Below the pieces are notes generated by a model. The model was not told the DNA's origin, ran no database searches, and saw only the letters and a list, made by a program, of their open reading frames with translations. A stretch of DNA of 56,927 bases from Streblomastix strix (Eukaryota): assembly GCA_008636045.1 (NCBI GenBank), contig SNRW01000003.1, forward strand, positions 1 to 56,927, written 5' to 3'. The position numbers and the translations under genes were made by a program. Below are positions 38,627-51,389 of the stretch, piece after piece. Each line of letters starts with the position of its first letter. Position 1 is the first letter of the stretch.

Positions 38627-40348
38627 TCAAGCAGTTACTTATCCAATAACCTCATCGAATGAATGAGTTGTATTATAATCGCAAGATCCTCCATTATTTG
38701 GACTGAATAGCCAGAAAGTATCATGAACTGTGCACAGAATTGGAGGAGGTTGATGTTTTCCATTAGTATCAACATTATAATAAGTATCAACCACACCTTA
38801 ATATATTGGATATCCATGCAATTCAATTGAAGTATTCTAATTTTGAGTGTCTAATCTATCAAATGTTAATACACAATTGCTCTTACGTTCACATTATAAT
38901 GTAGTGAAGAATGATGTATAATCAATTACAGAATTATATCATCTAGTCGAATTTCCTCTTGAAGTTGTTAATGAATCTTCATATTCATCAATAGCTTCGA
39001 ATATATTATCGAGATTATTTGCAGTCATCTACATTGTGAAAAATTATTCATTAAATGTATTCATGGGAAAATCTGGGAAATTTCTTCCTAAAGTAGACAA
39101 CTACATATTTTAGTAACATGGATTTTCGATGCAAGTAGTTTGTCTAGCATCCTTAGGAAATAATAAGCACATATCAGTAACATGAGATAGCGGTATATTT
39201 TATGAAGTACGTAATCCAGTGAGAGTAGCACCACTTGGAAATGCCCATGTTTCAATACGTTATGCAGGTACAACAAATGGACGAGTTAAATAGAATTATC
39301 GTACACGATTAAGACATTCTTGTGAAGCTTTATATCCACACATATTTGCAACAGCTGCAGTAATGACATAATTTCTTACAGATACTGTTACTGGTTTAAT
39401 ATCACAAACTAGATTCTTTAATCCTGATGGAGTTAGCTCTTCAGCACGTACTCCTGTAAACAAATCAGCAGTGCATCCAATTTATGTGAACATGTTAATA
39501 TATTAGAATGTGAGACTCCAGTTGCGGAAGAATAGATCAATATCCTAAAGCTTATCTTGACCTGAGCTCAATAATTCATCTTTATTAATTGTATAGTATC
39601 TAGCCATCGAAATTACTGGATCAATTTGGTAAAAGACAAATGCGTTTGGATTGATTTTGAATTTAATTTTGAGATCTCCAAATAATGCGTTAGGATATTC
39701 AGAAAATGCTGAGAAAATGAGTAAATCATCTAGTAGAATTGAGACAGAGAAATTTACTGGCATAACATATGGTGCAGCAGTTTGTGGAGCAAGTGCATCT
39801 GAAATATACTTGATACTAAGATATTTTCCACAATGTGATATATTATCTTTACGTACATTTTCATAGAGTGAATGAACGAATCTATTATTATTTTTCTCTG
39901 ATTTTGGTTTGATAGTATTATAGATAAATTATTCAGTAGTAGAATCATTCTGGAGGGATCCATCAATTGTTCTTCCTCGATGATATAGAACATATTCGCG
40001 AATTAGTTATGCAGATGATTTTAATCCAACAAATATAAATGTTCCAGCTTTATAAAATTCGCTAAATTAATCAAATTTATTATCAAACAATAGATTCATC
40101 GTAAAATCAAGAGTAATGAATGAATTTTATATTTATGTTACATCATGATCTGGATCGGTCAAACTGATAATAACTTCTTTATCAAATAATGATGGCATTT
40201 ATGATTCTGGTTTGATCTCTTTGATTGAGAAATGGTGTTATCCATCGTTCTAAAATGGTTGAATTGCGAAGGTCTTTAACATGTTCTCGATTGTTTCCAA
40301 ATTGGTTTGTGTTTTAGGCACATGTGTCTTCATAAGTTGGCGATTCAT
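38627..40348 (-). CDS. Putative major capsid protein (double jelly-roll), copy 1; one in-frame TGA
   Basis: 574 codons, beta-rich (PNALFGDLKIKFKINP; QNIPLSHVTD), colinear with 51994-53700 and near the packaging ATPase. TGA near 38940 aligns with Arg in copy 2. Fold inferred from size and context. Confidence 0.72.
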
Positions 40349-40401
40349 GTTTAATTGCGCAAAAATAATCTGATTATATGTTAGTTAACTCAATTAATGA
40401 T

Positions 40402-40731
40402 TCATTATAATTCATCTCCAAGAAGCTTTATACGATTGCTTATTATATCAATCGGAACATTTTTCCTTAAATAATCATCCTATCGGAATGTCTTAAAATC
40501 TTATCTGAACTGTTATTTTCCTTATTATTTATTCGGCCCAAATAAAGGATCAACTGCAGATGATCCTGAACTAATGCCTTTCGCAACCATGCTTCCTGCT
40601 GGTCCAAGAGACGATAGAAGTGCATTTGTTATGGGCATTATTGGTTTGACTACTTTATCATTCATCCAACTGACTCCTTTACCTACAACTGAGACTAATT
40701 TTTTAAGCTTGCTGAATATTCCCGGTACCAT
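40402..40731 (-). CDS. Small virion-type protein with N-terminal amphipathic helix, copy 1
   Basis: MVPGIFSKLKKLVSVVGKGVSWMNDKVVKPIMP...; 110 codons in code 6, immediately upstream of the MCP. Paralog at 51581. Confidence 0.7.
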
Positions 40732-40799
40732 GATTTTAATACGCAAAAATAAACGTATTTGCATCAAATTATCGAATCAATGTCTTATAGATAGTACGC

Positions 40800-42438
40800 A
40801 ATTTCATTGCCTGTTACTTCATAAGTAATACATTCCATTTGAATAATATTTATAAATATCAGTTGATGATTCAGGAATAACTTCTTGAACATTTTGCAAA
40901 AAGCAATATAACATTTTATATTATTAATTGAATCCGAAATTGCACGTCCTTAACCAATTAATATATCTACCAGCATTTCTATAGACCGATGCAGGAAATC
41001 CCATACTTTTACCATCAGCTGGTAATATAGAATCTGGAATTCTACCGATTTCTTATGTACTTATTGCTTATCCTTTTGTTTCAAAATATAGATTGAATAC
41101 ACACACTTTGCAAGTCCCATCATCAACAATATTGAATTTATTATAGGCATGACCACCCTGATCAAATGGTGCAATTAGTTAAATTTAATTGAATACATTA
41201 GTAATTGTATATATTGGCTAAGATGATGATGCTAATTATTTATCATGTTTTATTATTACTTCATCAAGATGAGAATCAGCTTCATCTGGATCTGATGGAG
41301 ATGCGTTTGGTTCTTCATTTGACTCTTCATTTGATGTTGGATTCTTATAGTTATCGAGTATATATGTACCTTGAAATTCACAATCATACTTATTCAATAC
41401 TCCACTTACACCTACTTCTACCGCTAATGATTTATCATAGATATCTTTGAACTAACACATAGCAGTATATTCTTATTATTCAGTACGAACAGGCATATAT
41501 TTCGAATTTGGAGGAAGTAATTTCTAAGTTATTGTCGAAAATAATCTATGAACTGTTTATTGATTTTCTGAATTCGATTATAATTATATTATTTATCCTA
41601 ATTTAGCACCAAAACTAAATGTAATAAATGGACCTTCTTTAATGAAAAGTGCTGCTCTATCCGCTTTATAGATTGCTAATTCATCCTATAATTTTATATC
41701 ACTATTCAAATAATTTACTTTAATATCTCCTAACAATCCAGTTGCGATCAAATCAGTTTATTTTTTCACAGTTTTATACACATGAGATTGTGTTTCGAAT
41801 GTTCCTTTGCCATTAACATGCCATGTATCCATTATATCAACTCGTCCATCATTATTCGCATCATAATTTATTATCTTCGATTATTCATATTTTTTATAAT
41901 AAGTTACATTTATTACAAGTGCAGTTTTTGAGGAAATCTATGAAGTACTAATGATAAAAGTTCCATTCTAATCGATATAACAAAATATGCTATTTTTATT
42001 CGTCTTATCTGTTCTAACTAATGCAATCACTTTATCACTTACTTTTGGTCTAGCTTCTTCAGGATAACTTTTGAATAAATATCCATTATGGAATAATCCA
42101 GTAGTTTCATATGACACAGTTAATGTAACACAATCATCATGCACATTTAATTATGGATCTGATTCACTTGATACTAAGAAACTAGATCGTTCTAGCTACA
42201 AACTTAAATCCAATTTTGTAGGAGCATTTGATACTGGAGGAACGAACTCTTCGTTTGTATTATTAAGAATATCATCATTATCTTTCACTTATTTTTCTAA
42301 GGATTATTTTCCGATTGGTATTCGTTATGCTGATGGTATTGGCTCTTAATATCTCTCACGAATGTATGCGTATAATTCTGGAAAATATGATAGTTCTGCT
42401 GCGTCTAATAATGTTTCATCTAGGTATACTGAACTCAT
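40800..42438 (-). CDS. Putative structural/receptor-binding protein with several beta-rich fibre-tip-like domains; frameshifted
   Basis: ATG 42438. LFKSYPEEARP, TITQKLLPP and IGRIPDSILP motifs like phage fibre-tip domains; DANNDGRVDIMD Ca-loop-like motif. C-terminus homologous to the remnant at 51390-51518. Confidence 0.5.
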
Positions 42439-42503
42439 TTCGTACTTCAAAAATAAACAACAAAGTTGTCTGGCTTTCAGCTAGTATGAATCGATCTAAA
42501 ACT

Positions 42504-45359
42504 TCATTTATCCCATGTAGCAGATGCACATTAAATGTATGTTTTAGTTGTTGATTTACAGGTAATAAGTCCAGTTGAATGAGTAATTGATACATAACCA
42601 CCTTTATCAACAGTGTGATTCGGAAATGAGGTATATGTTATAAGAGCTATATCATCATAAACTAAATAATCAGGATTAAATGTTCAAATATTATAATTTC
42701 CTCCATTAGCGAATAGTGAAAATATATAAAGACTACCAATTCTAATTAATTTATATTAAATTACTGCTCCATTCATACCACTAAATGCAGATGACGTTAA
42801 ATCTTCAATCCCACCAAATGATGTTAATAATCTATCTCCACCACCAGCCAATAAGACTGATGTATCATCTTTACCAGTTTTCACAAAACCTGTAGCACTA
42901 ACATTTGAATTGAATGTCTTAGTTCCATTTATTGATTGAGTTGCATTTGTAGTAACAACATTTGTTAGTTTTGCATCTACTTCAGACTAAGTCAAATATG
43001 TATTAGCTACAGGATCCTACGTTTCATCCTGATAGTCAAATGGACTAACATATTTTAATCTTCCTGTTATTATTTATTGAATTGAACCTTCTAATCTTAC
43101 AAATTTATTATTTGCTTCAGTTTGTGAATTTGTTTATGTTTTTGTATAGTAATTTGATAAATCAGTTGGAGTATCAGTAAATTCTGAAAGTGGTTTAGTA
43201 CCACCAGCTCCAATTAAAACTATAGTATTAACTACTCCTGATTTGATAAATGATGATCCTGTTACTGTCGACATTCCATCAATGGAACTTACGAATTTAC
43301 AAGCATTATTGAATGTCTTGTTTGCATTTATTGTCTATGAAGTACCTAATGTCATATAATTAGATAGTTCGGTTGTATCTGCTTTCTCACTTAATAATTC
43401 ATCTGTTTTTGTTTTATTGTAATAATCAGTCAAATCAACATCGCCAACATCAATCTATGATATTAATTGATCAGTTTCAGTTTTTGTATATGTTGTTGAT
43501 TAATCGGCTTTATCATTTAATAGATTATTTGTTTCTCCATTAGTATAAGAATCAATTACATATGTCTTATCAGCTTTCAATAGTAGGAGTGCATCATCTT
43601 CTGTCTTGGTATATATTGTTGATTTATCAGTTTTCAGTAATAAAAGCGCATCATCTTCAACTTTAGTATAAGAAACTCCAATATCCGCTTTATTATTTAA
43701 TAAGTTATTTGTCTCACCTTTAGAATATGAATCTATCAGTTATATCTTATCAACTTTCAATAATAAGAGTGCATAATCTTCTGTCTTAGTATAAGAAACT
43801 CCAGTATCTGCTTTATTATTTAAGAGATTATTTGTTTCACCTTTAATGTATGAATCAATCAATTATGTCTTATCAGTATTCAACAATAAGTGAGCATCAT
43901 CTTCTGTCTTGATATATGTTGTTGATTTATCGGCTTTCAATAATAAGAGTGCATAATCTTCTGTCTTAGTATAAGAAACTCCAGTATCTGCTTTATTATT
44001 TAAGAGATTATTTGTTTCACCTTTAGTACTTGAATCAATCAGTTATGTCTTATCAGCTTTCAATAATAAGAGAGCATCATCTTCCGATTTAGAATATGAA
44101 GCACTTTAAATATCTGCAATTGATCTAACTCCTCCTCTTGCGCAAACTACGCTTGAATTATTATACGTTTGAACCATGATTCGAACTGAATGTATTGTTT
44201 TATTAAATGTCTTTTAGTTACTTATACTTTGATCATAATCTGTATCTACAATATTTTTATTTTTTGCTGGTGTTAGCACATTTCCATCAATTGATATATC
44301 ATTTATTGCATTACCTCCTCCAGTAGCTGCTCCTAAAGTTGTTATAACATTATTCATATCAGGTAATTCTGTTTCTAGTACTTTTAAGTCAGTTCCATCC
44401 TACCAATAATCAGTAACTTCCTTATCAACAATATATAAATTATCTCCAATTATTAATTTTGCTACATTATCTTGAACAGCCATCCAATCATTCAACTCTC
44501 CTTATGTTGAGAATACGTATGCTTTTGACTTTCCAGTAGTAATATCTCTAACTTCTTATAATTACGGTTGTGTTACTAACGAACTTACTAATATATCTCC
44601 TCCTCCAGCAAGAAGAATAGATGCATCATTTTTACTCAATTTCGATACGCTTGAAACTCTAATTATACCGAATTATTTTTATCCTGTAATTGTTTGGGCA
44701 GAAGTTAAATCAACATAATTCGTTAAATCTGCAACATTAGCTATCAGTAATAATAGAGCATCATCTTCTGTCTTGGAATAACTATCAACAATATCAACAA
44801 CATTAGCCTTTGCATCAAGTTGGGTATCGGTTTCAGTTTTAGTATAAGTATCTGATTTATCAGCTTTCTATAATAGGAGAGCATCATCTTCTGTCTTGGA
44901 ATAACTATCCACAATATCTGCTACATTAGCCTTCAATAATAAGAGAGCGTCGTCTTCTGACTTTGTATATGAATCAATTAATTCAGATTTGTTTGCTTTA
45001 TCATCGAATAGAGTATCGGTTTCAGTTTTCGTATAAGTATCAGTTTTATCAGCTTTAGCATCGAGTAGATTGTCAGTTTCATTTTTCGTACAAATATCAG
45101 TTTTATCAGCTTTATCATCGAGTAGAGTATCAGTTTCTGTCTTGGTATATGTGTCTGATTTACCTGCTTTTGTATCAAATATTTCATTTGCTTCAGGTCT
45201 AGCGTATATATCAGGAGCAGGAGCATTATTTATCTTATTGATTTGATTATTAATTTTTTCGACCTATTCGACTGAGCCAATAGAATTATATCTAATATTT
45301 CCGAATAAAGCTTCATCGTGTTTTATAAGAACATCTAATGAGTGGAGATCTGAATCCAT
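42504..45359 (-). CDS. Tail-fibre/spike-like repeat protein (~950 codons, a few frameshifts)
   Basis: Many YTKTETDTLLDDKADK / YTKTEDDALLLLKADK / YSKGETNNLLNNKAD repeats plus QTITGQKQF, QSINGTKTF and LLAGGGD fibre motifs. Ends ...ATWDK* at 42504. Confidence 0.7.
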
Positions 45360-45386
45360 TTTATATGCAAAAATAATATAGATCAA

Positions 45387-45980
45387 TCAATGAATCTGAG
45401 ATAGAACTGCCATCAATCCTTTACTTGCTGCAGACATTAATTTTGATGAGATATCTCCAAGATCTAATATACTAGTTATTTTTCTTACTTTTTGTAAGCA
45501 TATTATATATGAATCTCTGGGAAAATTGACTTTATCGATATCTAGAGTAAGTATATTAACATTATTAATTGTAATATCTCTTAATATTCTAGTGCCATCG
45601 TGCATAAATTTACCACAACATCCTTCATCTTCTGTATTAAGTACAACTTAGTTTTCCACTACATCAAATGTATATGCAATTACTCTTATTAATTAATGTT
45701 CTGATAATATGAAATGTACGGACTCTTTAGTCATACGTTCATCTTCACTAATTATATCAAGTAGTCATCGACATACTGATGGATCTGGAACAATTATTTC
45801 TTCAAGTATAGATGATCTTCTTCTTGAACGAACAGATTATACAGACACTTTATCTTACTCCTTTTCGAATGGTGAATCAACTTCAACTATTGCAGGAATT
45901 ATTGGAACTGACTAACGAGGTGACATTGGTTCGTTTTAATAAATTTTTTCAGATGGTGATACTGATCGTTTCAAAGACAT
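45387..45980 (-). pseudogene. Viral hypothetical protein with an internal TGA and frameshift
   Basis: Code-6 frame ...EDEGCCGKFMHDGTRILRDITINNVNIL...SQIH*; TGA near 45765. Confidence 0.5.
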
Positions 45981-46155
45981 TTATTCTTACCAAAAATAAC
46001 TAGTTGATAATCATGAATAAAAACGATAAATTTATTGGAGTCTTTTCCTCTTCTTTAGTTAAGATATTATATGCAGATGCAGCAATAAGAAACAAGCCAA
46101 TGTTTGCAATAGCGATGAACATTAATGAAGTTCCAACAACTATATTGAATAACAT
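45971..46155 (-). CDS. Small protein with an N-terminal hydrophobic (TM-like) segment
   Basis: MLFNIVVGTSLMFIAIANIGLFLIAASAYNIL... Confidence 0.45.
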
Positions 46156-46173
46156 TTCATTTATTATTAAAAG

Positions 46174-47159
46174 ATGCCAAGATAATTGATAAAAATTAAA
46201 GAATTTACAATATTATTCAATGATGATGGATATGACTAAATAGGTAAGGCAATAGCTTCGATTGATGCAGATAGATTAATGTATAAGAATATTATGAATT
46301 TAAACTATATTGAATAAGATATATTACCAAAAATAACATTAATGATGCAATAGAATACCTTAAGAGTAATGAAGTGCCATAGATCGAAGGACTATACGAA
46401 GCACTATTCAAAAGAGAGGCGTTTAGGCATTGTAGCGTATATGTTAGTGATAAGAATAATTCAAAAATAATCTCTGCAGCTAACGTTGGAATCCAACATG
46501 AAAATATCGATCCAATTGAACTGTAAGAACTAGTGGACTTCGCTTATGAGTATGATCAACCAAATAAGGTTATGGTTCTGTTTGCGTGATATCTATTATA
46601 CGAACGCATTCATCCGCACGAAGATGGAAATGGGAGAATGGGACGATTACTATTTCTGGAAAACATATACCAATTATCCGACTCATTTATTCCTCTATCA
46701 ACCACATTAAGATATAACAAGTAAATAAAAAAATTAATGAATGAAATATTCAAGAGCATCAGTTTTGGAGAAATAATGAAGAAATGATAGATTAAAAGTG
46801 GAGATGCAACAATCTACAGAGTGGAAATATAAGAGATAGATTTGAATAAAATTTAAGAGATTATCAATGATAATTAACGAACAAAACAATAATAAAATAC
46901 TTTAAATTTAGATGATAATACAAGTAAATTAATTTTAAAATTATTGAATATGATACGTTTATGATCATGCGAAGCCGAACGCATTGCTGCAGAGTAACGA
47001 TCCCGTGCACAATAAAAATATAGAATTCAGCGATAGGAATTCCGAGCAACTGCTAACGATTTGTAACTCCTCTTGATTCGACGTCTTCAGAAAACTATTA
47101 TAACTAACATACAGGATTTACTTTAAATTAGTGATATAATTGATCGACATAACCAATGA
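46174..47159 (+). pseudogene. Fic-domain protein (AMPylase-type), disrupted
   Basis: YERIHPHEDGNGRMGRLL at ~46599-46652 matches HPFxDGNGRxxR. Frameshift near 46330 and in-frame TGAs. Confidence 0.88.
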
Positions 47160-47404
47160 AAATGGCTTATTTTTGCGTTAATGTGTGCATGTTAATGAAG
47201 TGGATAAATGAAGTGAATTATTCATGTCAGCTTAGCTGGCTTTTGCGAAGCAAAGTGTGCAAGTGTGCTGGATAGAAACCATAAAATTGACAAAAATAAT
47301 AGTTGGTCTGTCGGTCGCTCAGATTAATTTTTGCGTTAATGTATGCGTTAATCAAGTATGTGCAAATGAGATGTTATATCCAATATTTCGAGTGCACGTG
47401 CACT

Positions 47405-47775
47405 GCACGAGGACTATTTTAAGATAATTCTTGAATTAATGTTCTGACATGAAGATATACATTAATTTGTCCATCTGTACGGGGTGCACGACCTACACGG
47501 GGTAAGTTGATAAACTAATTTGAGGTCTGTCATAAGTCATTTCGCCATATTGTATTTAATTCGACATCGTATTTCCAGAATCATAAGGAAAAATAGATTT
47601 GATCCAATGATTACATACAATAATCAAAATCATTCATTTTATAAAATATTACGCACTTCAGAATGATGATGATTCAATAATATTTCAATTATGGCGTTAA
47701 TGGCTAATGGTAGATCTCAAATTAGTTTATCAGCTTACCCCATGCAGGTCGTGCACCCCGTGCAGATGGACAAAT
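47405..47775. repeat. Two inverted copies of the conserved viral motif (47468-47550 +, 47690-47775 -); 47405-47545 is also a close inverted repeat of 50640-50776
   Basis: ttgtccatctgtacggggtgcacgacctacacggggtaagttgataaactaatttgaggtctgtcataagtcat, with its reverse complement about 140 bp downstream. Confidence 0.88.
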
Positions 47776-47842
47776 CGATTCATTACTGCATGATTCTAGC
47801 ACAAAAATAAGTTCATTCATTTAACTGCACGATCACTTTTAT

Positions 47843-50575
47843 TCATATGTATTCATTACCTTCTTCTTACTTTTCTTGATCAACTGTTTATGTTTCAGCT
47901 TCTTTCTCATAAGCATCTTCATCTAACATATTTTCATAAATTGTTATCATTTTTTCTTTCATTTTATAGAATCTCTTTCTTTGACCATTAGTTGTTCTTT
48001 ATATTTGGCTACATATATTATTTATCGCTAACTAATAATTTTTTAGAACTATATCATGAGGTTTCCATAGCTCTACTTGTGATATGATTACCCCATCTTT
48101 GAACTACTTGAAATGATCAATTATAATGTCATCAACTTTTGACCTTGATGCTCTTATTATATCTTTCTTAGCTTATGTCATTGGAATGTTTCTTGGATTA
48201 AAATAAGAAATATTTCTAGTCATAAAGAATATGAATAAGTTGTTATAAAAATCTTCATCAAAGCTATTGCAAAGAGTAGTGAAGTAAGCTAGATCCCCTC
48301 GATGAACTGAATTGCATTTGCATACAACATAACGTCTATCATTATTCTCTATTTTTATTGGAAAGATATTATTGGTAACAAGTATCGTATTCACTACATT
48401 CTCAACTTCATGCTTTGGAATATATTTTTCATTAACAATAAACGAATGTTGAGTAATTATTGATTTCAACACATCCATATTGGACATTCTCGATTCTCCA
48501 AAATTCTTCATTTCATTAGCAATTGCAAGCATCTTATTTTCGATAACTGCATTAAACTTACCTACAAAATCATCTATATCATTAATGTTCTTTGAAGAAT
48601 ATCCTGCTTGTAATTCGCATAAAACATTAGTGAATACATTCTTTCCAATACCTTATAATCCTTGAAGTATAATAGCAGTTTCAGTTTTCTTACCTGCATT
48701 CTACACAATATAAGCAAACCAATTTAATAAATATTCATAAATCAATTCATCATTTGCAGAGATAGTATCTTTCACTAATGCTAGGAATCTTTCTATTTTT
48801 GTGTAGTTCACTTTTTCTAATTGTAAGTACTTATATCCTTAGAATACACTGAAAAGTTAAGGGTTTTAACTAATGAATCTTATACCTACCTTCTCGAATA
48901 GTGAATGATATTATTCTAAAGCATCAATTGCAGTTATATTCTTTTTCCCATCTTACCATAGTCTTTTTGAACATAATTAATCATAGATAGCAGTCTTATT
49001 TTATAATGAATTGTATTGGTATTATGCAAACAATCATATTTTTTAATGACAAAACACCATCTGTTTTAGCAAGGTACAACCTTTATTATTTTAAGCAAAT
49101 CTTCAGCAACTAATTCTAATTAATTTTAAAATTATCCATTTAATGCTTTACTAGATAAATCTGTTAATGTGAACACATCTTTCAGGTCAATTTCATGCTT
49201 CTCAATTTATTTCACCGTATCAACTATTTTCGATTATTTTTTCACTTCATAATTCTTTTTCAATAGTGGTTTAATTATCTATTCATAATAATCTTTTTTA
49301 TGATATCTTAAGATTTTTGTAAGGATCCATGGATTTGGCTTGTATTCACCATTAGATGATGCTTATCCATAATTCTTATCAGCGTTTGCAGATAGCTTAT
49401 TGAATTTACGTATATTTCCTATTCCTTCAGTTCTAATTGTTTCGTTAGTGATTCGATATAATCCATTGAATATACTTAATAATGATACTTCCATATTGCT
49501 TGGTTGTGGATAGTTATGTATATCAAGATTCTTCAATCCATCAACACACGCTTATGCAAGTTGATCATTCATTTATTCAATTGTACCTTCATCATTGATT
49601 TATACTCCATATACTCTATCATGTTGCTATTATGCGTAATCCTTATATAACATCTCAATATCTATATTCCATTTGTCAAGTATCTCTCGCAAGCTCGCTA
49701 AATGTGATGCATTTTCCGAATCATTAACTGCTTCATATTTGAGTGTAACTCGTTAATTATTTTTAGTTTCTCGAATAGCTGCGTTAGGAGCAACTACTCG
49801 ATTCTAAATCAATTCCTTAGTCTCTAATCCATTTTCAATTTTATATTTATTCATTTATGCAAATACATCAATATTAAAGCTATCTGTCACAGCAATTTTC
49901 ACATTATGATTGGAAAGTAATCTATAATAATTTCTAATGCAATATATGTGTAGTCCTCCATGTGCAGTCTTAACTAAACCTACATTTGGTGGAAGTGAAT
50001 CAATTAGATTTTATCTTATTTTATCAATCCCTTGTATTGACTTATCCTTATGAATGGTTATATCAACAACACATAGATTATCTTCATCCATTAATGATAA
50101 ATCAATTAATTTGCCTGTTTTTTTTATTTTTTGCCTTCTTATTATCCTATTTTTGGATAGTTTACTGTCTTAATCATAGCATCTTTAACTCGTTCAATTA
50201 TTGTTTTTGAATCTTATTCCTACATATATATAATTCTGCTATTGGTTGTATCATTTCAAGAAATTTATTATCATCTCAATTTTTTTCTAATCTATATGCT
50301 AATTATTAATTTGAAAGTCTTGCTTCAAGATCACCTTCAGAATTAATTAAATCATGAATGGTTTAATCATATTTCTCTTCAATAATCTGCTTATTTTTGA
50401 GTTCATTTATCTGTTCATTCGTCTGTTCATTAATCATTTCATCAATCATAGCTTTTGCTCTCTCATCTGTTTTCGATTTGCAAGTATATTAACGTTTTGG
50501 TCCTTTCTCAAGTGTTTCACATTTCACGTTTGATTGTTGGTTTGATTTGTCATTTGAAAATCCTTGTGTTGCCAT
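47843..50575 (-). pseudogene. AEP (Prim-Pol) primase fused to a D5-like SF3 helicase; lightly disrupted
   Basis: LCVVDI.IH, VKTAHGGLHIYC and RVVAPN (AEP motifs). LLNWFAYIVQNAGKKTETAIILQGLQGIGKN (Walker A), IANE (Walker B), ILVTNN (motif C), DRRY. TGA near 50276 and a frameshift near 50120. Confidence 0.9.
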
Positions 50576-50639
50576 TTTGCTTAAGGATAAAAAGTTCAAA
50601 TAGTTTGAAAAAAATAATTTTTATTTAATTTATAGCATT

Positions 50640-50776
50640 AATGGCTTATGGCAGACCTCAAATTAGTTTATCAAGTTACCCCATGCAGGCCGTGCACCCT
50701 GTGCAGATGTACAAATTAATGTATATCTCCATGTCAGAACACTAATTCAATAATTATCTTAAAATAGTCCTTGTGC
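50640..50776 (-). promoter_or_regulatory. Conserved viral motif, copy 4, ~65 bp upstream of the primase-helicase ATG
   Basis: Reverse complement matches 47405-47545 closely. Regulatory role inferred from position only. Confidence 0.6.
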
Positions 50777-51019
50777 AAGTTGACAATTCACTTCATTTAT
50801 CCGCATTATTAATCAATCACATTTATTCTAATAAATCCTCATCACCACTTACTTCGTAAAGCCAGCTTTGCTGACTAATTTCATCAAATAACGTATTTCA
50901 CTCATCGACCAGTTAGTCGATGCCACTATTTCAATTTCATCAATGAAAACTTAATCGGACATAGTCAAATAATCAATATAAGTTAGTACGCATCGGTCAA
51001 ATCATTGATTTGAGCTATA

Positions 51020-51387
51020 AGTAGTTAATGAAAAAGGATGGTGCCCGAAACATTGCCTAAATCCTATTCATTTGTGGGTATCGGAAATGAGTTCAATTAT
51101 TTATTTATTAACGCATATCATAAATCATATCAATTATTTTTTTATCATAAATGTATATCATAAATCAGATCGATTATTCTTCATTACTAATGATATTCAT
51201 AAATGTTATTATTTATTATTTTATACGTATTTCTTTATTAATATCAATGTATTCCTTGATTTTCGGTTCTGGATAATCTATTCGTTTTTCATATGTCAGC
51301 AATTCGCAATATCACTGAGTATTTCTGCTGTGGGCAAATCACTATGTTTATCAATGTGAGAGCACCATCCTTTTTCATTAACTACTA
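51020..51387. repeat. 368-bp unit bounded by a perfect 25-bp inverted repeat starting AGTAGT; probable right terminus of a Polinton-like element
   Basis: agtagttaatgaaaaaggatggtgc (51020-51044) and gcaccatcctttttcattaactact (51363-51387). (AGT)n ends are typical of Polintons. No target-site duplication seen around the unit. Confidence 0.75.
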
Positions 51388-51389
51388 TG

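Noticed and set aside
21480..51387. A single 30-kb Polinton with matching TIRs
   Set aside because: The two ends are only loosely similar, no TSD was found, and the interval holds two divergent pPolBs. Several elements is the simpler reading.
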